Positions 1 through 14,692 are shown, numbered from the stretch's first letter. The stretch: 64,000 nucleotides of DNA from Eledone cirrhosa (GCA_964016885.1 OZ024747.1:83638001-83702000), one strand, 5' to 3'. The notes: generated by a model not told the origin, from the sequence alone. Numbers and translations: made by a program.

Positions 1-313
1 TCGTTACCATATGAATGACATTAACTATAATTTTCAAATGATTTTGAAAATAATCAAAACTTTGGGGGTATTTAATAATATAAGTTTCTTATTATTAAGC
101 TGATGTTTTCCTAAAATTATGATGGAAGGGTTTTAGATAAATATAAGCATTTAAAAATAAGCAGCTTTATAATTATAGAACCCAGGACAGTTTGGTATCA
201 AAAGGGTTAAGTAACATGAATGCTTTTTGAGATAAAGAATGTTCAGATTCTTGATAAATTTTGTTCGTTTAATAAATATATACTATATAAATGATGATGT
301 GTATGAATTAATA

Positions 314-1064
314 TACAAAGTATGGTAGAAAGGAAACAGGACTGTGGCTGAACAAAATAATAATAAATAAATAAAATTAAATAAAAAAAAATATATTCAA
401 ATCCAAACTGTAAACTACAAGTTTTCTCCTTCAAAATAATCCCTTTCGAGGTTAACACACTTTCCCATTCTTCTCTGCCACACCTCCATTCACTCCTGGA
501 AGGATTCTTTGTAGCTCTGTCGTCACAGCCCCTCGTGATGGCTCAGGTACTTGGTCTCCAGGTCGTACTTGAAGATCCACCTGTGATAATCTTCCAAATG
601 CTGTCACAGTTCATGTTCAGCTCATTTGTGATCAGTTGAATAATCAGCTGATAATCGCCAAATACCACCTATGTATTCAATGTTGGCCTCAGTCCTGCTA
701 GTTGAAGGCCTTCTGCTCCTCGGGTCATCTTTGAACCTTTTGTGCCACTCGAAAACCTATGAGTATGACATCGTCTCATCTCAGTACACTTGCTTCAGTA
801 TTCCAAGTGCTTCTGGTGGAGTGTTTCCAAGCCGGACAAGAAACCACAGGCTGGTTCCTTGCTCTATGCCTATCGTTCGTTGGCCTAAAATTGAGGAGCT
901 CTTAACAACCACATGCGTAAAACATACAATGGCTGCAGAGAGCGAGATCACAGTTATATACTCCCCGGATATTATGTCACACAGTGACACAGCCCGCTAA
1001 TCCCTACCCCACTCATAACTCACACAGCACACTAAGTCCTGTTACTTTTCTGATACGCCTCGTA
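314..1064 (-). mobile_element. Internally deleted, degenerate mariner transposon
   Basis: Imperfect 30-bp TIRs (314-343 and 1035-1064, TACGAGGCGTATCAGAAAAGTAACAGGACT-like) in TA context. Minus-strand remnants: EQGTSLWFLVRLGNTPPEALGILKQVY*...VFEWHKRFK-DDPRSRRPSTS (HTH), WIFKYDLETK, and C-terminal WQRRMGKCVNLERDYFEG. Most of the DDD domain is deleted. Confidence 0.88.
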
Positions 1065-2789
1065 TATATATACGCATGTGTGTGTGTGTGTATGTGCATG
1101 AGTGTGTAAAATTAAGGGTGGATTCCTGATTGGGATTGGGGAATGACAGTTAAAAAAGGTACTCAATATGTATAGGCATTGTTATTTCATATAGACATAA
1201 GACATAATATATCCTCCTATGTCCTTTGTATAACACCAGATAGCTATTGCTTTATGGTCTTGGTGTACAGAATTGTGAATGTGTTTCTCAAGAAGTTGAG
1301 ATGGAAAATGCATAAATACTTGTTACAGAGTCCGTAGAAAGTTGAGTCACTTGTGTGTTGTATAATTATTGCAATAGTGATATGGGGTGGGTCATTTTTT
1401 TTTTTTTTTCCTTTTCTTTACTGACATCAGTCATTGGACTGTAACTATGCTAGGCCAATACCTTTGTCTCTTTCACTACTGTATTACTAATGAAAGACAT
1501 TGCCTATGATTTTCAAATAATTTTGAAAATAATCAAAATTTTGGAGGGATTTAGTGAAGTAATTTACTTTCTTATTGTCATAACTTAAAGGGTCTTATGA
1601 TGAAAGGCTTTTAGATAAATATAAGCATTTAAAAATAGTTTTGTATAATAGACCCATTTGGTATCAAAAGGGTTATATGATCCTTCTACATCTCTAACAT
1701 ATAAAAAACAAACAAACAAGAGTAGAAAAACAACACCACCACCATCAACAAACTTTACTGCTACAAAAATGTTACTTAAACTGAACTAAGAAATTAATTT
1801 ACTTTGAATCTATCAGTAATGTTTTGAATTGTAGTGTGTATTACTAGCAGTTGGCTTGTATTCTGTTGTTTGTTTTTATTTCCCAGCTGATGTGTGTGTA
1901 TAATATTCAGTTTAGAATAGGTACACTGTATTCCTGCATGTCATAGGAAGAGGTTAAATGGATTGGTGCCAGGAAGGGCATCTGGCTTAAAAAGTTCTAT
2001 CCAATCCATGCCAGCATGGAAGTTGATGTAAGGATGATGATGCTAATACATAACACACACATACCTCTGTAGGAACTATGCCAGATTGGAATGTATGAGC
2101 AAGACGTGGTCATCTGATCTGCCTAGTCTCAGAATGTGACGGCCTCTCCAATCCATGCCAGCATGGAACATAGCTCTAAAACAGTGTTGGCAAGCATGGA
2201 AAATAGACGCTAATCATGGTGATAATGATATATATATATATATATAAAATTCGTCCATGTCAGTGCTGGTCCAGCCAACAGACTTCTGTTCAAAGACATT
2301 CTTTATGTGATAGCTGTAACCATCCCATCTTATTTTCAGACACTATGTCAAAGACTACATTATCCACTGTGTCTTTTTTTATTTTGTTTTCAATATAATA
2401 GAATGTGATTTGAGGGAGATTGTTTGTTATTTCTAGCAGGCCAAATAACCATGCAGAGGCTCTTATTAGCTTGTGTATATTTGTGTTTAGTATGCATTGG
2501 GTAGATATCAAAAGATCATATATGACAATAGAAAATAAGGAATTTACCCTCATTAAGTTGGTACACGACTTAATTCTTAATTTTAGTATTAAAAAAAAAA
2601 AAAGAAAAGAAAATTGATTCAAAATATTGGTGTTTGTTGGGCCAGCAGTAATAATTGTCCCTATATTATATATGGATTTATAAAAAAATTATATTGGTTT
2701 CAGTCTTTAGAGCACTGCCTTGGAAGTTTTTAGCCCATCATATCAAGCCCAGTACCTATATATGCTTATTTATTTAATTTCCTTTGCTA

Positions 2790-3110
2790 TTTAGTCAAGA
2801 AGGAAGGCAGTGGCCATGAGTCTTTTATGAAGAACCTCCATGATGTAAGTGGGGAGCAAGGTATCCTTAAACTAGACACCTGACCCAAATGCTTACAATA
2901 GAGATTGGACTCCTTTGAAGGCACCCAATGGCTACATGGTGTTAAATTGGACAACCAATTAAGTCTCCCACCCAAGTAGATTAAAGCTGTTTTCCAGGTG
3001 TGCGTTTTCCCTGGATTAATTGGGACTTCCTTCAATATGATTTGTTGGTTTCATACCAGCACCTATTCCTTAAGAGCTTTTAGGAGAAACCACTCTGTTA
3101 CAAGCATTCA
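2790..3110 (-). pseudogene. Possible highly decayed non-LTR RT fragment
   Basis: GC-richer block whose minus strand gives GSGV*FKDTLLPTYIMEVLHKRL, loosely like the GVRQGxPLSP..MExL RT motif. Confidence 0.25.
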
Positions 3111-4074
3111 GACAAGAATATCCACCTTTGTGTCTATTTTTCTTCTTTTTTTTTCTCCCTGATCTATGTAGATGTTGATTATTGATCTGTAATCATTCGG
3201 GCTGGATATCTGTAAATTAGTTTCGTCAGCTGGGAAGACTTGTAAAATTACTCCTTTTCTAACTAGCTTATTAACCCTTTTGGTACTCACATGCTCAGAA
3301 TTGTCTCAGATACTCTGAAACAAAACCACAGAATCTGATATAAGAACCTTTCTTAAATTATGTTACAAAATATCATCTTAATAATAAAATAATTAATAAT
3401 TTTAGTCCCCTTTCGCAATTATTTATTAGATAATTAAAAAACTGTATTTCATTAGAAATATGGTAAGAAAAGGGTTTATAAAAATATTTTATTGCAAAAG
3501 ATGTGCTTGAAAATATATACACACAGTGGAGGTATGTGATCTAGTGGTGAGGGTGTTGGACTCACTATCATAAGGTTATGAGTTTGATTCCTGGATTGAG
3601 TGGCACATGGTCTTGAGCAAGACACTTGATTTTATGAGTGTTGGAGCCTCTTATCATTAAAACATCCATGAAACCTGTGAGGTGCAACCTTGTAGGAGAG
3701 CAGCTAAATCTGCATAAATGTGAGCTATAACACAAACAAACATGCAGGTATGGACGCGCACACACACACACAATTAGTATAATCAAAGTTGGTGAAATCT
3801 ATTTGCTGTAGTAAATAAGTATTATAGTAATGATCAAGTTACCTAACTTATTAACTATATAATATGATTTGAATATAGTTATTCTGTATTCCATATCCAC
3901 TAATTATTGTTAAATGGGTTTCTGATAAGCAGAGTTTATTATTTTGTATTTTCATTCATCTACCAAAAGATATTTTTGTTAATTATTTTTTCCTTTCAGT
4001 TTTCTTCCATTAATTTTTATAATTGCAACTTGATGGAACTTTGGTTGATAGTTCTGCACAATGTCTATAGTGTG

Positions 4075-4430
4075 GATATGTAGTGTGTTAGACTGGCTAG
4101 AGTAGATGTATGGACATGATGTGTTAGACTGGCTGTTGTTGATGTATGTAGTGTTGGCTAGAGTATATGTATGTGGGTATGATGTAGTGTGTTAGACTGA
4201 CACGAGTAGATGTATGTAGTGTTTAGACTGGATAGTGTAGATGTATGTAGTGTGTTAGACTGGCTGTTGTTGATGTGTTGTGTGTTAGACTGGCTAGTGT
4301 AGATATATGTAATGTGGGTATGATGTGTTAGACTGGTTCGTGTAGATATATATAGTGTGGGTATGATGTGTTAGACTGGCTAGTGTAGATGTATGTAGTG
4401 TGTTAGACTGGCTAGTGTAGATGTATATAT
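4075..4430. repeat. Degenerate ~30-bp minisatellite
   Basis: About 10 imperfect copies of GTAGTGTGTTAGACTGGCTAGTGTAGATGTAT. Confidence 0.85.
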
Positions 4431-6229
4431 GCAGTGTGTGTGATTTTCTGTGAGAGTGAGTTTGGCAAAGATAAGAAAAAAATACAATTATGATGATGAT
4501 TGAGGTACAAATCATTAGCAGCTTGAGTTTCCCTGTGGCATGTTTTCTTAGAGGGCAAGGGAGAGAAAAATACTTTTGTGAGTGTATACAAATATATGTG
4601 TATAAACACCTATCTGTGTATATGTTTATGAATGAAAATATTTTAAGGAAAAAAATGTAAATAAATTGAGAGTTAATTAAGCAGGCATGGCTATGTGGCT
4701 AAGAAGTTTGTTTTGCAACTACATGGTTTGGGGTTTAATCAACTTTAGGTTGACCATTGGCATATGAGTGAAATTTGGATAGGAACTGTGTAGCTTGTCG
4801 TATGTGTATGTATGTATGTGTGTATGTATAGGTGTATGTGTGTGTGTGTATGTATAGGTGTATGTGTTTGTGTATGTATAGATGTGTGTGTATTTACATA
4901 TATAGATATATATATTTGTGTCTGTTTATGTTTACTGTTTGTGTATGTTCTCTTAATAGTTTTAAAAAAAAAAGATATGTACCAGATTTAAAAATATATG
5001 TACTGGGGTCAATTTGATGAACTAAACCCTTTTATGGTGATGCCCTAGCATGGTCAGAGTCTAATGACTGAAACTGATAAAAGAATAAAATGATAAATTG
5101 ATATTGAGTTATGCAGATAAACAAAGATATATATTGTTGCAGATAGGATGGCTAAATAGACAGATTGTGTGGCAGATGGGAAAGATAGATATACAGAAAG
5201 TGATAAACAAGCCAGCAGTTACTTGGGTTTTCTCTGGTTGATGTTGGTGTCTAGGCTATTTAGAACTCTCAACAAGCAGCTGATAACTACCCCATTCCTT
5301 CCTTAACCCTACACCAGCTGATAGATGAAGTTTCTCTTTCTCTTCTTCTCCCACTACTCTGATAGCTTTTTAAGAAATCAGCTTCTCTTGGCCAGGGTCA
5401 AGGTTGGAAGGACAGTTTCATAAAAAAAAGCAAGCCAAATTTTTCAAAAAGTAGGGGATTACATTAGAAAGAAACACAAAATAAATGTATAAGTGTGTGT
5501 GTAAGGAATGCCTATAGGTTAGTTTTAATTAATGGTTAGGGTGTTCAATTCCTGATCAAAATGTTGCAGGTTTGATTATTGGACCAGGTAGCATGTGTTC
5601 TTAAACAAGATGCTTCATTTCATATTTTTTCAAGATAGACTGGGAGCTCATATCATTTAAACACCCAAGAAACTTCCCATGGGATTCAATCTTATAGGAG
5701 GCCAGCTAAACCCTACATATGTCTGAGTTATAAATTTAATTTCATTTTTAATTTAAGATAGTCGATAACATTCTCCAGTCACTAGGATCTCACCTTTAAC
5801 AATCAAAATTTCAAATTTACAAGTAGACCACATAAAAAATAAACAGCGTAGCTTTCTGTTCTGAAAAGTAATGTACTCAGCTATTTGTAGCCCAGTCTTG
5901 TTAACCTCATCATAGTGGATCTGTTTGTATATTTATATAAATTTATTTTCCCACCATAGTCTATGAAGGAATTTCATTTGATGAAATTAAACTGTTTGTT
6001 TGTTTGGCCAACTGGTTGCTTCTCTCAGACTTCAGTGTCTTTTTATTTGTTGTTTCTTTAGTTACTTATTTTCACCATCTCAAGTAAACATCAATTTTTG
6101 TCACATCTAAAAAGCAGTTCTGTTTTCCTAATTTACCCCCCCCCCCCCCCCTCTTTTATTTATACTCTACTATATCCATTTATGAAAATATCTTCTGTGT
6201 GTGTGTGTGCATGCATTCTATTTTATTAG

Positions 6230-6455
6230 TTAACTCTTTAACATGCTGTACCACATGAAACCTCATTAGCTAGACACTGAAGAGTAGAAGTACAAGACAC
6301 CTCTATGACTGTATCACATTAAAAATTGAAGTCTTTACTTTAACATTTCAATACTTTACAACAATCTGTTCACTAGTAAATATTCTAAAAATCATTTGAA
6401 TTAAACACATTTTAAGATATTTTCTGTTAATTCATTATAGGATGTTAAGAGTTAA
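6230..6455. mobile_element. TTAA-flanked MITE family C (other copies 13582-13809, ~61395-61608)
   Basis: TTAA-CTCTTTAA(C/T)AT...AT(G/A)TTAA(A)GAG-TTAA termini and shared internal sequence (ATCACATTAAAAATT..AGTCTTT). Confidence 0.7.
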
Positions 6456-6529
6456 TATGTATTACCTGTTTCATTGCCCTTGTACTGGAACATATACTTG
6501 AAGGGTTTTAGTTAATTATATTTTGACAA

Positions 6530-7110
6530 CAGTGTGGAAGGTTGTGTAGGAATATGGGATCGATGGTCAGCTTCTTGCTGCTCTGATGTCTCTATATGAA
6601 TGCCCGAGTATTTGTGTTCAGGCAAATGGTGCTAAATTCAAACCATTCAATGTGGGAGTTGGCCTCTCCTGTTCATTATTTTCATGAACAGGATTGATAT
6701 GTACAGCTGTGTTGGAAGTGCTATCATGACTGGTAGGTGTAAAATCAGTCGGGTGGAATTTGCAGATGACGTGGTATTACTTAACTCGACAGAAGGTGAT
6801 CTTGCACTTGATAGGTTTGATGCTGAGTGCTGCATGGTTGGAATAAAAATCAGTGCTGTGAAAACTGAGACACTTGTCCTCTCAAGGAAGCCTGCACAAT
6901 GCACTGTACAAGTGAATGGAGTTCCACTGAAGCAGGTGGAGAAGTTCAAGTATCTCGGGGCCATGTTCACGAATGATGGAAGGCAGGAGGTTGAATTAAG
7001 TTCAAGAATTGCAGGAGCTGGTTCAGTAATGCGCCAACTTCAGCATTTGGTAATCAGAAGGAGGGAGGTAGGTGTAAAAGCCAAACAATCTTCAATTCGG
7101 TCACCTAGCA
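6530..7110 (+). mobile_element. Degenerate non-LTR (RTE-like) reverse transcriptase fragment
   Basis: PLLFIIFMNRI...FADD...KTETLVL...LKQVEKFKYLG...EVELSSRI in and just upstream of ORF 6684-7184, with deletions. No zinc-finger insert. Confidence 0.85.
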
Positions 7111-8559
7111 CTAGTGTTCCTTATCTGTACGCACCGTGTGTGTGTATAATAGATGAGCCTTGTGTGTGTGTGATAGATAGATGAGCCGTGTATGTGTAAT
7201 ATCTGTGATAGCTAGAAAGAAAAGAGGCAAGCATGCTCCATTGAATATATAATGTTAGTGTACATGAGCAGCAGTGCATGAATGAGTTGAGAGAAAAGCT
7301 GAATATAAGGGAAATCCCATATAGTCTGCAAGGGCATGTGAGGATGTTTATTATAAAGAAATATCATGGCCTTGAAGTTGATGAAACTTGTAGAAGAGAG
7401 AGACAGGAAGATACAAGATGAAATAGTTTGTCCTTAGGAAGCTGAATCTCACAGATGGTTGGTGACTCATAATGCTGGAAGAGATCTCCCTGCTAGTGTA
7501 AACAAAGCAAAACAATGATTAGAATAACTTTGGTGCATCACCTGCCCTGCATAGCCCTGTTAAATACCTGTTTCCACCTACTGCTGTTGTATTCCTTACC
7601 CTCTCATATATCACCCTCTACACTAAACACACACACACACTATCTCTGTCCGCTGGTTTAATAACCTCAAAATTTGCTGTATATGCAGGTGTCTGTGTTT
7701 GTCTCTCGACCAAACTGTATATGTTTGTACACCTGTCTGTCAACATATTCACTCCTCTGCCTATATATTCATTGCCTCTCTGTCTATCCATGCTGTTTTC
7801 TGTCTGGCTATGTATCTACCTGTCTAACTATGCACCTGTTTCGTCTATCTATCTATGAACAGTGTATGCTTGTCTCGGCACCTGTTTGTCTATATACCTT
7901 TCACACTGTCTATTCAGTTATGTCTCCTATATCTATCATAATTATGTCTGTCTACCTGCCAGTACTAGGGTCAATTCTTGCTCTATATATCTTTCCCATT
8001 CCCCCTCTCTATCTCTTTCTCCTTCTGCTGTGTTTATATATGGAGCGGGCTGGTTCTACCAGGTATAAAATGCCCAAGAAAAGCTGTATGTCCATACATA
8101 CAACTGAGTTAACTGGAGCAACATGAAATGTTTTACACAAGACCATAGTGTGTCACCTGGTCTACAAATTGAACCCATGACATGATTAGAACCCCAACAC
8201 ACTAACTGCTAGAAATAATCATTTCCAGTATGGGAGTTTCAGGACCACACATTTCAGGAAGTGCCCTGTCAGTTTAATCAACCTCAGTTTTTAACTCATA
8301 CTATGTTAATAGACCCTCAAAAGGATGAAAGGCAAAGTTGGTCCTAGTAGAATTTGAACTAAAATCATAAAGGGCTGTAACTAAATACCACAAGGCATCA
8401 TGGTGTCAATATATTATTTCTTCTATTCTTTTGCAATCATAATAATGGGGAGAGACAATTACATCAACCTCAGTACTTAAGGGTAAAAGGATGAAGGGCC
8501 AAAATGGTTGTATAACTGTGTGTGTGTACATTCATGAAAAAGTCACACACTTAAATATA

Positions 8560-9200
8560 AAAACGGTGTTTTATTTAAGATAGAGGAAACATATCTATAA
8601 AGATATAAGATACAACCTACCGCGAACAATTAAATTGCTTTTTTGTTTATTTTTTCTTCCTGTGTCAGGTGTAATTTTTTTTTCTTTTTGTTCGTCAAAC
8701 GTGTAACTTCCTTTGTCTCATTTTACTTTCGATCACCATATACACACAAATTAAAAGGAAAATGCTTTTAACAGCATATTGAATATAATTTGTATAAGAT
8801 GACCCGTGTATATATACTGCTAGAAAAATACACATAAAATCCAGTGGAATAAAATAGGATTCGAGCTTAAAAGAAAAAGAAAGAACAAGTCATATTAAAA
8901 TAACGTAAAAAATAATAATTTAAGAATCCCGCAAAAAGTATTTGTCTGCTGAGAGTTACTTCCCTTTGTATTTCATACCTTGTCTTGCCTCATTGTTGCT
9001 GTTTACATGTCGTCGCCCAACCACCTCCACTACCAAACCACTAACAACAGAGTTCTGTCACAATGTCCCTCCGTCCCGTTTTTACTTCTTTTATTTCTAT
9101 GAAAAGTCAATCAGATGGTTAGGGTATTCACAACTCGTGTAGCCCATTTCTCTAATCTATGATGTTTAACATTGCGAGATTTTATCTGTAATAGTTGTAT

Positions 9201-9231
<31 letters not shown>

Positions 9232-9950
9232 TGTGTGTGTTGTTATTCGACATATAATTTTTTAATACATAATATGACAAAGTTTGATAACTTCTCAAGA
9301 TAACCAGACCAAAAGTAGTAGTAGCGGTAACGGTGGTGTTTTGTATAGAATTTTTATTTTATATTTTGGCGGGGAAGAAAGTCGATTATATCAACTTCAG
9401 TTCTTGACTATACTTTATTTTATTGACATCCTCAAAAAAGACAAAGTTGACCTGTACGGAATTTGAATTCAGAACGTGAAGGGCTTGTATCTAAATGCTG
9501 CCAACCATTTTATTTGACACTTTAATAATTGTTTCTACTTTAGGCACAAGGCCAGCAATAACCCAGTACATTACTGGTACTTTATTTTATCGACCCCGTA
9601 AGGATGAAAGGCAAAGTTAACCTCGGCGGGATTTGGCACTTTAATAATAATATTTCGTTTATATTTACATTTGATGGAAAATCATTTTTTAAAATTTATT
9701 TATTTATTTTTTTTTTTTTAAGCAGGGTATATACCTGGTTAATTAAATAATTACTTATATATCCGTGTATAAGTTGCACATCAATTTTATATAAAGTATT
9801 TACGATATATCATTTATTTTGAAATATGGCTTTGTATGTCCATTATATATGTTATATGTTGTTTTTTTTTATGTATACCAAAACGCCTGAAACGTGGTAC
9901 TATGATAAAAAATGTTTATATTTATCAAAAACTCGCCCGTCATAATTTTA
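8560..9950 (+). promoter_or_regulatory. CpG-retaining region, candidate (alternative) MRTF promoter or first exon
   Basis: Many CpGs in largely non-repeat sequence, whereas 5000-6500 has almost none. Contains ETS-like CTTCCT and forkhead-like TGTTTAC words, and a short ORF 9063-9117 ending at a possible phase-1 donor. Confidence 0.4.
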
Positions 9951-10117
9951 TCTAAGGACCTGTCTGAAATTATGCTCCTAGCACTAACTTAGTCCTTTTG
10001 ATAACAACCCATTCTGAACACCCTTTATTCTATTATACAGAATTGTTTGTTTTAAAGTGGTATATTTATTTGAAGGCCTTCCACCATTTCGTATAAGAAC
10101 ATTTGTCATGTTCCAAT

Positions 10118-10435
10118 AATTGTTTCTACTTTAGGCACCAGGCCAGCAATAACCCAGTGCAAAGTCAACCTCGGCGGGATTTGAATTCAGATCGTAAAGG
10201 GACGTAACTATGCTGGAAAGCATGGCGTCCGACCCTCTACCGATACTGCCAACCCACCGCCCTATCATGGCGTCCGACCCTCTACCGATACTGCCAATCC
10301 ACCGCCCTATCATGGCGTCCGACCCTCTACCGATACTGCCAATCCACCGCCCTATCATGGCGTCCGACCCTCTACCGATACTGCCAATCCACCGCCCTAT
10401 CATGGCGTCCGACCCTCTACCGATTCTGCCAATAT
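10118..10435 (-). mobile_element. tRNA-derived SINE with a five-fold tandem 45-bp head
   Basis: Reverse complement of the 28054/39320 SINE with an internal deletion. 10221-10433 is about 4.7 copies of CATGGCGTCCGACCCTCTACCGATACTGCCAATCCACCGCCCTAT. Confidence 0.9.
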
Positions 10436-12344
10436 GAGAGTTATTTTACTAAAGCCCTTCAGATTTTTCATTATTTTCAAAATGATTTGAAATTCATACA
10501 CATCATCTTTTATTAAAAATATAGTAACATTATTAGACATAGTAGTTATCACATATGCCCATGATTTATTTCTTTGGAATACTCAGAGACTTTCAGGTTT
10601 TCATTTACTGATATTATTTAATCTAACCCATGCTAGGGTGGAAGAACGGACGTAAAATGGTGATGATGATGATGAGAGTGGTTGCTGCTGATATGACGAG
10701 GAATAGTTAATAACTAGTAATTATAGTTTCATTTGCTTGCAAGTAGGAGTCGACTTATGACTGAGTGCTTAAGAAGTTTGCTTCATAATCATGAGGCCTT
10801 GTGTGACATCTTGGGCAAGTTCTTCACAAAACCTTGACCTTTCTACTGGACTGGTAATTTTTGTCAACCTCGAAAAAATGAAAGGCAAAGTTGACTTCAG
10901 CAGAAAGTTGGAATGAATACTGCCAATCGTTTTATTTAATATTGTAACAACTCTGTTAATTTACCACATGGTGAATGCATACTAAACTGATTATGTGGTT
11001 AATAAGTTAACTTTGTAAACACAAGGTTTTGAGTCATATCTCACTGCATGATACATTCAGCAAGTGTCTTCTATTAAATCCCTTGGTCCTATGATACAAA
11101 TCTGCATGTTTTAAAGTGTTTATAATTTAACCCTTTTGATACCAAACCACTTAAAACTGACCCTGGTTTTATGATAGAAAACTATTTGTTTTAGAGTGTA
11201 TCAGATAGTGTCAGCAATGGAAAGACCAATGGAAATATTGCTTTCTTGATCTGATCTGAGTGATTAGTTCCTTTATCATCATCATCATCATACGTCTGCT
11301 TTTCCCTGCTTGAAAGGGTGGGACTTTATATTTATCTAAAAGAAATCCCCATCATAGTTTTATGTAAGAACCTTTAAGTTGTGTTTGAAGCACCTGATAA
11401 ATAATAAGAAAGTTAGTTTACTAAATTCCTTCAAACTTTTGAGTATTTTCAAAATTATTTGGTAATCATAGGCAGTGTTTTTCATTAGAAATTTGATAAT
11501 GCAAGGGTTAATTTCAGTGTTAATTTAGTTAGTTTTTTTAACCTTCTACACTGTGTGTGTGTGTGAGTGTTCATATTTCTATTTGTGTGATCACCAATGA
11601 TTGATTAAAGTTTTGTTAAATGATGATAGAGGCCCTACAAACAGTTTATGAAGGCATGTTTTCAATTTGCCAACTGAGTAAGCTTGCAGGCATTCTGTTG
11701 CATTGTCAACATTCAGCTTTTGTTGCTGGGCTACTGGGCTGCTGCGTGTGTGGGTGGACTAAGCTACATTCCCAGACATTCCTTTTCTTTTCTCTAGCAG
11801 AGCTGTATTATTTCTGTGATCTTACAGATTCTTCTTCATGTCTACAGATTCCTGTTGCTGATCGTGTTATTACTTTTGTTGTTGTTGGCGGCAGAAAACC
11901 TTACAGAGCCAGATTAAATATTTAATAGTATTTGGTTTCGACCCTCTCTAATCTCAGGTCAGATCACTTTGAAGGGTCAATAAAATACCAGTAATATACT
12001 GATGTTATTCAACCTACTCTACAATTTACTCTGGAGAAATTGGCCTTGTGCCTAGTCAGAAGAAATCAGAGTTAATTGTTTTTATTGTACCCCCTACCCC
12101 TCATCCTTTCTATATTTTGTATGTATGCGTGTAACACACACACACACTCAGGTATACATATAGATTACATATAGCATGTATATGTATATGAAGTACTTTC
12201 TCTCTTCATGCACTAGACTTATGTTGTCATATCTCAAGTGCAGGCGCTGTTGTTTTATTAGCAGAGTGCATGTGTATGCCTACACACACAAGCACATCTG
12301 ATATTCTCAATGTAATTGAGCATGCTATGAAGAATGTGTAATGG

Positions 12345-12457
<113 letters not shown>

Positions 12458-14043
12458 TCATTGCTGTTACCCCTTCACATTTTCCTTTTTCTTTCTCTCC
12501 TCTTTTCTCCACTCTCTTTCTCTCTCCATTAGTATCTTATAAGAACAATTACATCCTATATGTCTATATAAGTTAACTTGGTTCTTGTAGTGGTGGTGGT
12601 GGTGGTGGTGGTGGTAATACAAATACAAGCCCCGCCACCCACCCCCAAAATCTATTCTCAGCTGCCACTTATTGTTTGAGTTAAGGATCTGTGTTTTCTT
12701 TAAAAATTCTTCCACCTACACTTGCTGTTGCTTCGATTCAGGATACTTTTGACTGAGAGACTGTTTCATATCCAAAAGTCCTTTTTGTATTGTTTTTGTG
12801 TTGTTGTGGTGGTTGTTCATTTGGTTGTTTGACATTTAACCAAACTTTCAATACAAGTGCAGTCACTAGAAGAAAGTTGTATTTAATTCTTTTGATACTG
12901 AGCTGCCTGAAACTCAGTTTCTCTGATACTGAACTGTTTATTCTAAACTTTATATTTATTTTAAAAATTTCCATCATGATTTATTTACATTTTGAATTTG
13001 TGATTATTTTCAAAACTATTTAAAAGTCATTGGTTGTGTCTTTTATTAGAAACATAGTAAAGAAAGTGTTAAAGACTTTGTAAGAATGGTTTCTAATTGT
13101 GGTACAAGACCAACAAATTGCGAGGAAGGAAATGTCAATTATATTGAGCCCTATGCCTGACTGATGCTTTATTTCATTGCTCCCTCCCTGGAGGTATGAA
13201 CAGCTTAGTTGATCATAACAAGAGTTGAACTCAATGTAGAACTATAGAAAGAGTCAGTAGGAGAAGGCTGTATTTGAAGGCCTTGCAATAATATGGGTTT
13301 AGGCACAAGGCCAGCAATTTATAGGAAGAGGAAGTCATTCTTACTTGACTGAGACTTTATTTTATTGACATCCTGCTCCTCTGGAAGGATGAGAGGCAAA
13401 GTTGACCTTAACAAGATTTGAATTCAGATGGTAAAGAACTGTAAATACTGTAAGGCTGTATGACACTAATGATTCCACTATTGTCATTAGGCCTTGCAAT
13501 AATAACATCCAGTGTGGTGGTGTGTTTAGAGTCCAAATCCTAACAGAACCAGCTTTGTTCTTTTGTTTCTCTAAAGGTTGATTAACTCTTAATATCCTGT
13601 ACCACATGAAATCACATTAGCAAGATATTCTTAATAAGTAAAAAATAGCACCATGGCCACATCACATTAAAAATTAAAGTCTTTGCTCTAATACCACACA
13701 TTTTACAATGATCTAGTCACTCGTAAATAGAGATATTATAAACATTTGAATTGACAAACTCATTATTTCATATTTTCTGTTAAATCATTACAGGATATTA
13801 AAGAGTTAAGAAACTACCGATATGGTACCAAAATCTTCCCAATTCTCTATCTCTGTGTACATAGTCAAGGGGAAAAAAAAATACAGAAAACACAATGTCC
13901 TTTAGTAAGCATAGATTTATGAAATATGGTAACCCTTTGTTACCATATTTCTATTGAAATATACTGCCAATATATTTCAATTGATTTTGAGAAATTTAGT
14001 AGAATGACTAGGTTTTTCATCAGTGAGCTGGTATTGAAAACAT

Positions 14044-14692
14044 TCATCATCATCATCACCATTTTACGTCCGTTCTTCCACGCTAGCATCGGTTAGACGG
14101 GTTGTCCTGTTGTGGGAAGTGTACGGTCGGCTGACCATGCCTTGCTCATACAGGAACTGATCTGGCTTGATTTCTACAGCTGGATGCCCTTCCTAACACC
14201 AACCTCATTTACAGTGAGTGCTGGGTGCTTTTTCGTGGCGCCTACACGTCCACTTTACAGTGTGGGCTGGGTGCTTTTTTGCCGTGGCACCTCCACGACC
14301 ACCTTGCGGTGGGGGTGTGGGGGCATATTGTTTATATGTTTCAGCTTGTACCCATGGGAGGTCGGGTACTCTGTATTACTGCATGACGCCAGAAGTCACG
14401 GTCGTGTGTCATTGTCTTTGAAAGGTGTAATTGGGTAAGGTCGGTTTTTATCACCTCATCCCAGGTCATCTTGGGTCTCCCCACTCCGCGGTTTCCATCA
14501 ACTTTTAGTGCTCTGCACCTTTTTATGCAGCTGTCATCCTTCATACGCATCACATGTCCATACCAGCGCAACCGCCTCTCCTGCACACAGCATTTGATTC
14601 CTCTTATGCTCAGTCTCTCTCTCAATTCATTTATGCTTTGTCGTTCACGTATATTACTGTTACACATCCATCGGAGCATGCAGGCTTCGTTT
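14044..14692 (-). mobile_element. Young 5'-truncated RTE LINE (ORF2 C-terminus, 3'UTR, (GAT)n tail) nested in a MITE
   Basis: ORF 14341-14679 has RRLRWYGHVMRM...GRPKMTW. Nearly identical to 58622-59281. The flanks (~13930-14043 and ~14693-14790) are two halves of a family-A MITE. Confidence 0.93.
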
